This document shows positions 1 to 8,599 of a stretch of 64,000 nucleotides of DNA, one piece after another. Position 1 is the first letter of the stretch. Every line of letters starts with the position of its first letter. A program made the translations under genes and the position numbers. Source of the stretch: Bdellovibrionota bacterium (GTDB lineage Bacteria; Bdellovibrionota_G; JALEGL01; JAGRMV01); assembly GCA_041391365.1 (NCBI GenBank), contig JAWKOC010000001.1:514068-578067 (forward strand), read 5' to 3'. Under the pieces are notes generated by a model, which saw only the letters and a list, made by a program, of their open reading frames with translations, did no database searches and had not been told where the DNA came from.

Positions 1-171
1 CAGTCTGTCAAGACCTACAAGGGTCTTGTCAACCATATGATATATCATGATGAGGATCACATCAAACAACATGCAATCGAAGGCATTTCCAAACTTAGAC
101 AATCTTCGGAGGGGCAAGAAGGACTCAAGGCATTTTTGGAAAAGCGAAAACCATCATGGATCAAATCATGA
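1..171 (+). CDS. enoyl-CoA hydratase/crotonase-family protein, 3' end only (gene starts upstream of the window); probably methylglutaconyl-CoA hydratase of a leucine-catabolic cluster
   Basis: Frame 1 is open from base 1 and ends ...EGQEGLKAFLEKRKPSWIKS-stop (TGA 169-171). The EG..AF.EKR.P.W tail is the usual crotonase C-terminus. The stop overlaps ATG 168 of the next gene (ATGA). Confidence 0.55.
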   Translation, partial: QSVKTYKGLVNHMIYHDEDHIKQHAIEGISKLRQSSEGQEGLKAFLEKRKPSWIKS

Positions 172-1466
172 ATGTTTCTATCAAAAAAGTATTGATCGCA
201 AATCAAGGCGAGGTTGTCATTCGAATTTGTCGAACGCTCAAAAAGAAGGGCATTCGGTCGGTGGGTTTGTATCTGTCTTCTCAAGTGAATGATCATTATC
301 TGCATGCCTGTGATGAATCTGCCATGCTTGAAGGTGATGATCTTCAAGCTTATTTGGGCATGGACCAAATCATTGAACTTGCCAAAAAGCATGAATGCGA
401 TGCCATTCATCCAGGTTATGGGTTTTTGTCCGAAAATGCTGAGTTTGCGAAGGCATGTGAGTATGCGGGGCTTGTTTTCATTGGTCCGTCTGCAAGATGT
501 TTGGCAATGCTTGGAGATAAATCAAGTGCAAAGGATCTTGCGAAGAATGCAAAAATACCTGTATTGCAGAATCTTGCTCATATTGATCTCAACGAAAAAC
601 ACCTGACTCAAGTTGCACAAAAAATGGGATTTCCTCTATTGCTCAAACCTGTCATGGGAGGTGGAGGAAAAGGTATGTTGGTCGTAGAAAGGCAAGAGGA
701 TCTGTTGACCCTTTTGAGACAAGCCAAAGCCACGGCAAGGAGTTCATTCGGAAATGAAACTGTTTTGATCGAGCCCTACATTCGAAATGCAAAGCATGTT
801 GAGATCCAAGTTGTGATGGACCAGTATGGCAAAGGAGTCCACATCTTTGAGCGAGATTGTTCAGCACAGAGACGTCATCAAAAAATCATTGAAGAATCAG
901 AATCTTCGATTCCAGATTCGATGATCAAAAGCATGCAGCGTGATGCTCTGACTCTGGCAAAGAAAATAAAATACGACAACATCGGTACAGTCGAATTCAT
1001 CATCGATTTGGATCGTAAGAAGTATTTTTTTATGGAAGTGAATCCGCGACTTCAAGTAGAACACTCTGTCACCGAACACTGTACACAATTAGACCTGGTA
1101 AAAATTCAGATAGAGATTTGTGAGGGGAAAAGCCTCAAAGAGATTCTTCCTTCCAAAATTATAAAAAATGGATATGCCATTGAAGTTAGAATTTATGCTG
1201 AAGATGCTGAGCAAGGGTTTTTGCCTGCCAGTGGAACGATTTTGCATTTGCATGTTCCACAAGGCAAAGAAAATATACAAATTGATTCCAACCTTCGAAA
1301 AGGACAGAAAGTTTCTTTTCTCTTTGATCCTATGATGATGAAAGTTACGCTCAGTGCTGCGACACGGGCAGAAGGAATTGAGAACTTGAAACGTTTTTTG
1401 CATGAGATTGTTCTTTTTGGAGTAAAATCAAATGTGAGTTTTTATCTGGTTGTTGGAAACCCCTGA
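168..1466 (+). CDS. methylcrotonyl-CoA (acyl-CoA) carboxylase alpha subunit, biotin-carboxylase part; N-terminal fragment, frame broken at T5 run 1439-1443
   Basis: KKVLIANQGEVVIRICRT, HPGYGFLSEN, ATP-grasp GGGGKGM, EVNPRLQVEH. The ORF track starts at 156; ATG 168 forms an ATGA overlap with the upstream stop. The product ends right after ...SNVSF, where homologs continue. Confidence 0.85.
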   Translation: MNVSIKKVLIANQGEVVIRICRTLKKKGIRSVGLYLSSQVNDHYLHACDESAMLEGDDLQAYLGMDQIIELAKKHECDAIHPGYGFLSENAEFAKACEYAGLVFIGPSARCLAMLGDKSSAKDLAKNAKIPVLQNLAHIDLNEKHLTQVAQKMGFPLLLKPVMGGGGKGMLVVERQEDLLTLLRQAKATARSSFGNETVLIEPYIRNAKHVEIQVVMDQYGKGVHIFERDCSAQRRHQKIIEESESSIPDSMIKSMQRDALTLAKKIKYDNIGTVEFIIDLDRKKYFFMEVNPRLQVEHSVTEHCTQLDLVKIQIEICEGKSLKEILPSKIIKNGYAIEVRIYAEDAEQGFLPASGTILHLHVPQGKENIQIDSNLRKGQKVSFLFDPMMMKVTLSAATRAEGIENLKRFLHEIVLFGVKSNVSFYLVVGNP

Positions 1467-2046
1467 ATTTGTAGAGGGAAGTCATACCACTTCATGGATC
1501 GAACATCACCTTGAGGACTTTGTAGTGTTTCGAAAAAATCATACTCCCTTGATCGCTTCGGTATTGGGTGAAATAGAACGTGATCAAAATCATAGGGATC
1601 AATTTCCTGGACCTTGGAATGTTTTGCAAGACCCACAAACTCAGTCGAGTTTAGATGAGTGGAATGTGTGGGGTGACAATATTTCTCCAAGGTTTGATTC
1701 TGCCCAAAAATCCTCGATTGATTTTCAATATCACAAAGATAGAAATAGCCTGTGGATTCATGTCGATGGACAAACTTTCTGGGTAAGAAAAAATGAATTG
1801 AAATACTCTTCATCTCAACATGAAAATCAACTGAGTTTTTCATCACCCATCACGGGAAAAATTTGCCAACTTTTTGTTTCCGAAGGAGACAATGTAGAGA
1901 ATGAACAAGATTTGGCTGAAATAGAAGCTATGAAGATGCGCTATACGATTCGATCCAAGGGACCGTCAAGAGTCAAAAAATTGTTTGTTCGTGTTGGAGA
2001 GGTTGTGGAAGAGGGCAGGCCTTTGGGAACGTTGGAAAGCCGATGA
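1450..2046 (+). CDS. C-terminal fragment of the same carboxylase alpha subunit (BT region plus biotinyl domain)
   Basis: LLETPEFVEGSHTTSWIEHH continues the BC C-terminal region. The biotin attachment motif EAMKM is present near the end. It lies in the +1 frame relative to 168..1466. Confidence 0.8.
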   Translation: MLETPEFVEGSHTTSWIEHHLEDFVVFRKNHTPLIASVLGEIERDQNHRDQFPGPWNVLQDPQTQSSLDEWNVWGDNISPRFDSAQKSSIDFQYHKDRNSLWIHVDGQTFWVRKNELKYSSSQHENQLSFSSPITGKICQLFVSEGDNVENEQDLAEIEAMKMRYTIRSKGPSRVKKLFVRVGEVVEEGRPLGTLESR

Positions 2047-2954
2047 AGAGTATTCGCATCAATGAAGTTGGGCCAAGAGATGGATTGCAGAATGAGTCTT
2101 CTCCCATTTCAGTCGAAGACAAGATTGTATTGATTCAAAAACTTGTGGAGGCAGGCCTAAAGTCTTTGGAATTGACTTCTATGGTGAGCCCAAAAGCGAT
2201 TCCTCAATTGGCGGACGCTCAGGATGTGTTGAACAAACTGGAAGTCCAATCATCCTTTCATGGTTCAGTCTTGGTGCCCAATGAAAAAGGTATGGAAAGG
2301 CTTTTGCCACTGACAAAAACCAAACCTTTCATTTCAACCGTGGCGGTGTTCACGGCCGCGAGTGAGTCTTTCACTCAGCAGAACATTCGCTGCAGCATCG
2401 AAGAAAGTCTACAGAGATTTGAATCGGTATGTAACCTAGCCAAAAACAATGGTTTGCGTATTCGTGGATATATCTCAACATCTTTTTATTGTCCTTTTGA
2501 AGGACGAGTTGATCCAGCAAAAGTTCTTCCTCTTGCGCGACGCTTATTGGACATGGGTTGCTATGAAGTGTCGATTGGGGATACGATTGGAAAAGCAGTT
2601 CCGAAGGAAATCGAGGAAGTCTTTTCACTCCTGACCTCAGTGATCGATCCTAACCTGTTGGCCGGTCATTTTCATGATACCTATGGAATGGCCATTGCCA
2701 ATGTGGAGCAAGCCCTCAGATTGGGAGTAACATCGTTTGACAGTTCGGTAGGCGGACTGGGTGGATGTCCTTATGCTCCGGGTGCTAGCGGAAATCTCGC
2801 TACGGAAGATCTCGTCTATTTTTTGGATCATATGGGTTTTGATCATGGCGTTGACTTACAGACCTTGATGAAGGCAACCTCGTTTATTCAGAGCAAGGTA
2901 CATCATGCAATGCCATCTAAAGTTTTTCAGGCACTGCGTGGATCCATCAAATGA
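2043..2954 (+). CDS. hydroxymethylglutaryl-CoA lyase
   Basis: IRINEVGPRDGLQNE N-terminal signature; GDTIG; HFHDTYGMAIANV; GGLGGCPYAPGASGN. ATGA overlap with the carboxylase stop. Confidence 0.9.
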   Translation: MKSIRINEVGPRDGLQNESSPISVEDKIVLIQKLVEAGLKSLELTSMVSPKAIPQLADAQDVLNKLEVQSSFHGSVLVPNEKGMERLLPLTKTKPFISTVAVFTAASESFTQQNIRCSIEESLQRFESVCNLAKNNGLRIRGYISTSFYCPFEGRVDPAKVLPLARRLLDMGCYEVSIGDTIGKAVPKEIEEVFSLLTSVIDPNLLAGHFHDTYGMAIANVEQALRLGVTSFDSSVGGLGGCPYAPGASGNLATEDLVYFLDHMGFDHGVDLQTLMKATSFIQSKVHHAMPSKVFQALRGSIK

Positions 2955-3873
2955 TCAATCTCACTCCACCTAGATCCGAGATCGGATAGGGGAATTTTGC
3001 GCTGGGTGCTCCCAAGAACATATAGTTTTTTGGGATCCCAAATTCTTTCGAAAGCTGCGTGATCAAATCAGGTGTAAACTTTCCTTGACGCAACACCAGT
3101 TCCATTTGAATTTCTGGATATAATTTGTCAATGGTTCGCATGTCGCTTTCCAGATGTTTGGGGATGTCTTCTTTCTTTTCATACAAATGAATGACCGATA
3201 CATGGTCTGTAATTTCATTCTCTTGAACATAGAGCATCGCTCGATTCAAATTCGCAGCATCATCACCCTTGGTGAAAAAGATGATTCCATGACCTTCTAG
3301 ATCTTGCAAAATGGTATCTAATTTTTGGATTACTTTTTTTGAAAACGAAAAATTTTTCAAAATATCTCCAGCCAAAATGGCGAGAAGCTTCAGGAAGTGG
3401 TGACGATAAAGCATCACGAAAATCAGGGACATGGTTGGAACAAAATACATGGCCCAATAGCGAACGTATTCACTTTTGATCAAGATGTTTCCCATGATTC
3501 CAGAAAGCGTACCCAACAATGCTATGAAAATAGAACCCCAACTCGCTTTGTACTGTCTGGGCAATCTCGATCTTCGAATTTTGAGAAGTACGTTTCCAAC
3601 CACAAAAAGAGCCATCACACCTAGGAAGGAAATGGTATACACGCCTCCCAGGGCGAGTAAATCTCCTCCTGTCAAAAGCATGATTGAGCAACAAAGAATC
3701 AAGAAAGACAAAATGATATAGTGGTGCGTTCCTCTTCGGTTGGTTTTCAAAAGAAATTGAGGAAGACAGCGATCCAAGGTCATTCGTCCCACGAGTCCAG
3801 ATGACCCTACAAAACTTGTCAATACAGCACCTGAAAGTACAAGGCTAGCATCGATAGAGATCAAAAGTTTCAA
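2947..3873 (-). CDS. C-terminal fragment of the same APC permease (last TM helices plus cytoplasmic C-terminal domain)
   Basis: Begins LKLLISIDASLVLSGAVLTSFVG, which continues the permease fold. About 130 soluble residues at the C-terminus. Its start codon overlaps the stop of 3870..4787 in another frame. Confidence 0.75.
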   Translation of the reverse strand: MKLLISIDASLVLSGAVLTSFVGSSGLVGRMTLDRCLPQFLLKTNRRGTHHYIILSFLILCCSIMLLTGGDLLALGGVYTISFLGVMALFVVGNVLLKIRRSRLPRQYKASWGSIFIALLGTLSGIMGNILIKSEYVRYWAMYFVPTMSLIFVMLYRHHFLKLLAILAGDILKNFSFSKKVIQKLDTILQDLEGHGIIFFTKGDDAANLNRAMLYVQENEITDHVSVIHLYEKKEDIPKHLESDMRTIDKLYPEIQMELVLRQGKFTPDLITQLSKEFGIPKNYMFLGAPSAKFPYPISDLGGVRLII

Positions 3874-4787
3874 CCAATGCCCACCATTTCTGAGCTGACC
3901 GTGGCAAGCAACGAATCTTTTTGAACTTCAATGACCGAAATTGGGATAACTGCCAATGCAATCAACGCAATCAACGGATTCAGAACCGTTACTGCAACCC
4001 ACATGTTGCGCAAGGTTTTGGGAAAAACACCAGGTTCTTGCTCTTCAATATAATTTGCGGAACTTTCGAATCCACTGATTCCTAGCAAGGCCGCAGAAAA
4101 ACCAAAAAACAGTGCCGAGATCAATCCATATTCACTTGGTGCATGCCAATTTTTGATCAACACGGAGGGATCATGAAACAAATAGCCCAACCCAATGACG
4201 GAAAAGATCCCCAAGGTCAGCAGGTGAAACACAAAAATACACAGAGCCACGACAGCGGATTCCCCAATTCCCCAAATGGCAAGAAGTGCGAAAATGGAAA
4301 GAAGAACGACGGTGGAAAAAACAATGGGAAGTCCTCCAGGCAATAGTGTTCCCAAATACTCTACAGCTGTTTTTGCACTGATGCATGCGGTCGCTAAATA
4401 AGAGAGAAGAGTCATGCACGCCGCAATCGAGGCTTTGAGTTTGGTTGTTGTGTTGAGCAGTGCGTTGTAGGCCCCGCCATTGAGGGGAAGTGCATCTCCA
4501 ACTTCAGAATAGATGAATCGATACAAATAAAGAAGTCCACCTACCATGAGCAACACAAGTGGGGAGTAAACTCCTGCATAAGCCGTTGCGATCGCTGCAA
4601 CATACAAACAACTTGACGTGATGTCGTTTCCGCAGATGCCTGTAGCTAACCATTGGCCAAGTTTTTGGTGTTTTTTGGGGACAATATCTTGTCCTGCTCT
4701 TGCTTTGTGAGCTGCAGCCCCTCGTTTGCTCGGGTTTTCTTTGATGGAGAAAGGTTCGGATAGTTTCTCCCAATTCCATTTGGCCAT
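3870..4787 (-). CDS. APC-superfamily amino acid/cation permease, N-terminal membrane fragment (gene split by a 1-nt frame break near 3871-3875)
   Basis: Multiple TM helices with a typical APC pattern (GAYNALL, GFESSANYIEE). Ends ...SSEMVGIG-stop exactly where the next ORF begins. Confidence 0.8.
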   Translation of the reverse strand: MAKWNWEKLSEPFSIKENPSKRGAAAHKARAGQDIVPKKHQKLGQWLATGICGNDITSSCLYVAAIATAYAGVYSPLVLLMVGGLLYLYRFIYSEVGDALPLNGGAYNALLNTTTKLKASIAACMTLLSYLATACISAKTAVEYLGTLLPGGLPIVFSTVVLLSIFALLAIWGIGESAVVALCIFVFHLLTLGIFSVIGLGYLFHDPSVLIKNWHAPSEYGLISALFFGFSAALLGISGFESSANYIEEQEPGVFPKTLRNMWVAVTVLNPLIALIALAVIPISVIEVQKDSLLATVSSEMVGIG

Positions 4788-4898
4788 AGAGATCAGCTCA
4801 TTAACACAAAATTCTCAAACATCAAACTAGACTTTTCTGGGTGGTTTTATACAAAGACTTTCGAAATTGGGAAATCCAGGTATGAATTGAGGAGAAAC

Positions 4899-6287
4899 AT
4901 GAGCGAATTCCGTATTGAAAAAGATTCCATGGGAGAAATGAAAGTTCCAAACAGTGCCTACTACGGTGCTCAAACCCAGCGAGCGGTTGAAAATTTCCCT
5001 GTTTCGAGCCTTCGTTTAACGCGGAGCATGATTCATGCGATGGCGGAAATCAAAAGAGCTTGTGCGGTGGTTTCTGGCAAACATGGATGGGTCGAGAAAA
5101 CCAAGTCGGTCGCGATTGTCAAAGCGGCTGAAGAGGTGTCCAAAGGGAATTGGGACGAACAGTTTGTGGTAGATATTTTCCAGACCGGGTCCGGGACATC
5201 CTCCAACATGAATACAAATGAGGTCATTGCCAATCGTGCCTGTGAAATTTTGGGAGAAGGGAAAGGGTCCAAAGCCGTTCACCCCAACGATCATGTCAAC
5301 TTCGGACAATCTTCGAACGATGTTTTTCCGACCGCCATGCATTTGGCGATTCTTCATGATGTGGATCGTAGTCTTATGCCTGTGCTGGTCTCCTTTGAAG
5401 AGTTGTTGAGCCAGAAAGCCAAAGATTTTGACTCCGTCGTCAAAATTGGACGAACCCATTTGCAAGATGCCACTCCCATTCGAATGGGACAAGTATTTTC
5501 AGGCTATGCCATGCAAATTCAGTGGAGCATTGAACGCATTCAATATTGCATTCCCCATTTGGAGGAGCTGGCCTTGGGGGGAACGGCCGTGGGCACGGGA
5601 ATCAATCGGCCCGAAAGAATGACGCAAGAAGTAATTTCAGAAATTTCCAGCCGTATGGGCTTTGAGCTTCGAGAAACTCGCAATCATTTTGCCTCACAAG
5701 CTACCAAAGATGCAGTATTGGACATCAGCAATGCTCTGAAAACCACAGCCGCTACATTGATGAAAATTGCCAATGACGTGAGATGGTTGGGTTCTGGACC
5801 AAGATGTGGAATTGGAGAATTGATTTTGCCTGAAACGCAACCTGGCTCTTCGATCATGCCTGGGAAAGTCAATCCCGTGATTGCGGAATCTCTGACCATG
5901 ATTTGTGCACAGGTGATGGGCAATGATCTAAGCGTGATGATTGGCGGGCAGTCTGGGAATTTTGAACTCAATGTGATGATGCCCATGATGGTTCACAACG
6001 TTCTTGAGTCTATTGCATTGTTGTCTACTGGCGTGAAAAATTTTCACCAAAAATGCATCAAAGGCATTCGAGTCAATGAGAAAAGATGTGAAGAGATGAT
6101 CGAAAAAAGCCTAGCCATGGTGACTTCATTGGCTCCAATCATTGGGTATGACAAAGCGGCTGCGATCGCCAAACAGTCACATGAAACAGGCAAAACCGTA
6201 CGTGAAATTGTTACCGAACAACAAGAATTAAGTGAAAAAGAAATAGCAAAAGTCCTTGATCCAACATCAATGACCAAACCAGATTAG
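4899..6287 (+). CDS. fumC: class II fumarate hydratase (fumarase/aspartase family)
   Basis: GAQTQRA, GSSIMPGKVNP signature, TMICAQVMGND (FumC-like rather than AspA-like). GAGGAG Shine-Dalgarno 5 nt before ATG 4899; the ORF track starts at TTG 4887. Confidence 0.8.
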   Translation: MSEFRIEKDSMGEMKVPNSAYYGAQTQRAVENFPVSSLRLTRSMIHAMAEIKRACAVVSGKHGWVEKTKSVAIVKAAEEVSKGNWDEQFVVDIFQTGSGTSSNMNTNEVIANRACEILGEGKGSKAVHPNDHVNFGQSSNDVFPTAMHLAILHDVDRSLMPVLVSFEELLSQKAKDFDSVVKIGRTHLQDATPIRMGQVFSGYAMQIQWSIERIQYCIPHLEELALGGTAVGTGINRPERMTQEVISEISSRMGFELRETRNHFASQATKDAVLDISNALKTTAATLMKIANDVRWLGSGPRCGIGELILPETQPGSSIMPGKVNPVIAESLTMICAQVMGNDLSVMIGGQSGNFELNVMMPMMVHNVLESIALLSTGVKNFHQKCIKGIRVNEKRCEEMIEKSLAMVTSLAPIIGYDKAAAIAKQSHETGKTVREIVTEQQELSEKEIAKVLDPTSMTKPD

Positions 6288-6301
6288 AAGGGAAGTTTTT
6301 C

Positions 6302-6787
6302 ATGCCATCATTTGATATCGTATGCAAAGTAAATCTAAGTGAAGTTGACAATGCGATCATGCAAGCTCAAAAAGAAGTATTGCAGCGTTATGATTTCAAA
6401 GATTCTGACACCACCATCGAGAGGAAAGAGCAGGTCATTCATCTTAACTCTACAGACGAGTTGAAGGTCAAAGCAACCATGGACGTTTTGCAATCCAAGT
6501 TGGTGAAACGAGGAATTTCTCTGAAATCTTTGAAACCCCAAACCATACAGCCAGCAGCTGGGGGAAGATCCAAACAGGAAATTCAATTGCAGAATGGAAT
6601 TGAAACTGCCCAGGCCAAAGAAATCGTCAAGTTGATCAAAGATACAAAGATGAAGGTTCAGGCATCGATTCAAGGTGAGTCTGTTCGTATCACGGGAAAA
6701 AAACGAGATGATCTTCAAATGGCCATCGGAACCATCAAAGAAAAAGATTTTCCTCTTCCCCTAGAGTTTGAAAATTTTCGGGATTAA
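6302..6787 (+). CDS. yajQ: YajQ-family (UPF0234) nucleotide-binding protein
   Basis: MPSFDIVCKVNLSEVDNAIMQAQKEVLQRYDFKDS and 161 aa length are characteristic of YajQ. Confidence 0.9.
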   Translation: MPSFDIVCKVNLSEVDNAIMQAQKEVLQRYDFKDSDTTIERKEQVIHLNSTDELKVKATMDVLQSKLVKRGISLKSLKPQTIQPAAGGRSKQEIQLQNGIETAQAKEIVKLIKDTKMKVQASIQGESVRITGKKRDDLQMAIGTIKEKDFPLPLEFENFRD

Positions 6788-6887
6788 AGTTTTTCGCTAA
6801 AACCCCGTAATTTTTCCCCTTCGGGGAGCGGACATTTCTTTACATTCGAACTTGTGCCCTCATCGTCCGATTTAAATATTCCGAAAA

Positions 6888-6906
6888 AATGGCTCGTCTG
6901 ATCTTT
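6888..6906 (+). repeat. copy 1 of a 19-nt direct repeat AATGGCTCGYCTGATCTTT (contains mini-ORF MARLIFQVL, 6889-6918)
   Basis: Direct comparison with 7127-7145: 18 of 19 positions are identical, and both copies are preceded by TATTC. Confidence 0.6.
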
Positions 6907-7027
6907 CAAGTGCTTTAAAAGCTCATGCTACTGCGCTTTAGTTTTTTCTCCATATTTGAATCTCCCTCTCACAGTTACAGGAGGTTCTCATTCACTTCAG
7001 TTGAATAAAAGAAAAATAAAATACTGT

Positions 7028-7067
7028 CGCTTGGCAAAGCCAAGCGTCCTTATTTTCTTTCTTTTTT
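7028..7067. terminator. bidirectional rho-independent terminator between convergent genes
   Basis: Perfect 8-bp stem CGCTTGGC/GCCAAGCG with an AAA loop. A-rich on the 5' side and T-rich (tccttattttctttctttttt) on the 3' side, so a U-tail exists on both strands. Confidence 0.6.
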
Positions 7068-7126
7068 AACAACTGAAAAAGCGAGCAACTGGGCATGTGA
7101 AATGGGAGACTTTTATTCTTTCAGGG

Positions 7127-7145
7127 AATGGCTCGCCTGATCTTT
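7127..7145 (+). repeat. copy 2 of the 19-nt direct repeat (contains mini-ORF MARLIF, 7128-7148)
   Basis: See 6888-6906. Confidence 0.6.
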
Positions 7146-7214
7146 TGAGCAATTCACATATCCTGTGCGAGCAAAATGAATGCCAGCTCCCCGAAGTGGG
7201 GAGAGCCGTGCGAC

Positions 7215-7721
7215 TTAAGCACCAATTTGGGTAAGAAAAAATTCCCAAAAATGGATGGAATCGTGAATAAGGAAAAACCTTTTTCCATCTTTGACTTTTT
7301 CCTTATACGCCGTTTTTGGAGTTTCGAGGTTTTTCTTTTCTTTAGAAAACTCATCTTTGAGAGCTTTTTCTTCGCAAGGTTGATAAATGCCCCAATGCCC
7401 TCGAGATCCATAAAAATCTTGCTCTTCCTGTCGATCCGGACAAATGATTTTGGCTACACATGCCACATCCATGAATATTCCTCTTGTTTCTTTTATTTCA
7501 TGAATGCATAACGCTTCGGGGTTTCGGTTGATGTCATTGGGATAATATGCAAATGTCAAAAAAATACATTCTGAATGTTCAGAAAGCTCTTTTGCATATT
7601 GAGAAAGTCTTTTGATGGTTTTTTGATTCTGAAAATCTTTTTTGAACTCTGCTTCAAAATCTCTCGAATGAACAAAAGAAGGAATCAATAACAGAAAAGT
7701 AAGAAAAAAATATGAATACAT
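7215..7721 (-). CDS. hypothetical secreted protein
   Basis: Start at MYSYFFLTFLLLIPSFVHS gives a signal-peptide-like N-terminus and lies 1 nt after the upstream stop. I recognise no family. Confidence 0.55.
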   Translation of the reverse strand: MYSYFFLTFLLLIPSFVHSRDFEAEFKKDFQNQKTIKRLSQYAKELSEHSECIFLTFAYYPNDINRNPEALCIHEIKETRGIFMDVACVAKIICPDRQEEQDFYGSRGHWGIYQPCEEKALKDEFSKEKKNLETPKTAYKEKVKDGKRFFLIHDSIHFWEFFLTQIGA

Positions 7722-7722
7722 A

Positions 7723-8535
7723 TTATAAATCCTCAAATGAAATGATACGCAATTGGGCAAGGTAGATCAAGGCCTTGAGTGTCGTGATTTTACTAAAAAT
7801 AGATACAGAAATGATCTCCTGAAGACTTTGAATTCCATCGATTTGTGCCAAAAGAAAAATAAGATTGGGACTAAGGTCGTAGTCTTTGATGTTTTTGATG
7901 TTTTGAACCACAGGAACTTTGTGTAGAGATTTTATGTGCTGAAAGTAAAAGTGAATGGCTTTGTCGGCAGGGAGAAGAACCGAGATGTGCTCATCAAGGT
8001 TGCGATTTTCAAGGTCATCTTGAGATGGAGACGATAGTTTTTTATTTTTCGAAAATATGTTTTCGCTGAGTTGAATGTATCGTGAACTTCTTGCTATTTT
8101 GTAATGTCTTTCTAAGTAAAAGCGAATGACAAGTTCAGAAGCCACTCGAGGTACAATCGATTTTTTTACGTTTCCTTCGATTCTCTGAATGATTCGTTGC
8201 TCGCTTGGATCCACCATGGCAAGGCAAAGTTCGGTTTGAGAAATTTGCAAGGGTAAAATAGAGAGTCTTCCCGCAGCGGCGGGTGGAATCGCAAGCAATG
8301 CCTGTGGAGAAACTGCTTCAAACTCTTTGATGCTGGCCATGGGAACACCATACTGTTCAGACAAGAACGCTGCGAGAGTTTCACTGTCGAGCAAACCCAT
8401 CTCCACCAAATTTGTTCCCAGCAAACCACCAAAAACTTGCTGCGACTGCAAGGCATGGTCGATGTCGAGTGCAGAAACCAAACCGGCTTCTACAATCAGC
8501 TGGCCAATTTTTTTGGAAGACTTTCTGATTTTCAT
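7723..8535 (-). CDS. MshEN / T2SS-E N-terminal domain protein (predicted c-di-GMP receptor) without an ATPase domain
   Basis: Two tandem 24-residue MshEN motifs, KIGQLIVEAGLVSALDIDHALQSQ and LLGTNLVEMGLLDSETLAAFLSEQ, followed by the GspE-N fold region. Confidence 0.75.
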   Translation of the reverse strand: MKIRKSSKKIGQLIVEAGLVSALDIDHALQSQQVFGGLLGTNLVEMGLLDSETLAAFLSEQYGVPMASIKEFEAVSPQALLAIPPAAAGRLSILPLQISQTELCLAMVDPSEQRIIQRIEGNVKKSIVPRVASELVIRFYLERHYKIARSSRYIQLSENIFSKNKKLSSPSQDDLENRNLDEHISVLLPADKAIHFYFQHIKSLHKVPVVQNIKNIKDYDLSPNLIFLLAQIDGIQSLQEIISVSIFSKITTLKALIYLAQLRIISFEDL

Positions 8536-8599
8536 GCCATACCGTGTTGATGAAATTCAACTGTATGATATTTTTGACGATCGGTCAGTTTTTTTGCTC

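Noticed and set aside
47-410. ORFs 47-292 (+) and 57-410 (-)
   Set aside because: They overlap the crotonase tail and the biotin carboxylase N-terminus, which have clear homology signatures in other frames.
1439-1443. Programmed +1 ribosomal frameshifting as the explanation for the split carboxylase and the other split genes
   Set aside because: There are too many unrelated genes affected, in both directions (+1 and -1). No shared slippery or stimulatory motif is visible, and compensating pairs occur in the malic enzyme. Indel errors or decay explain the pattern more simply.
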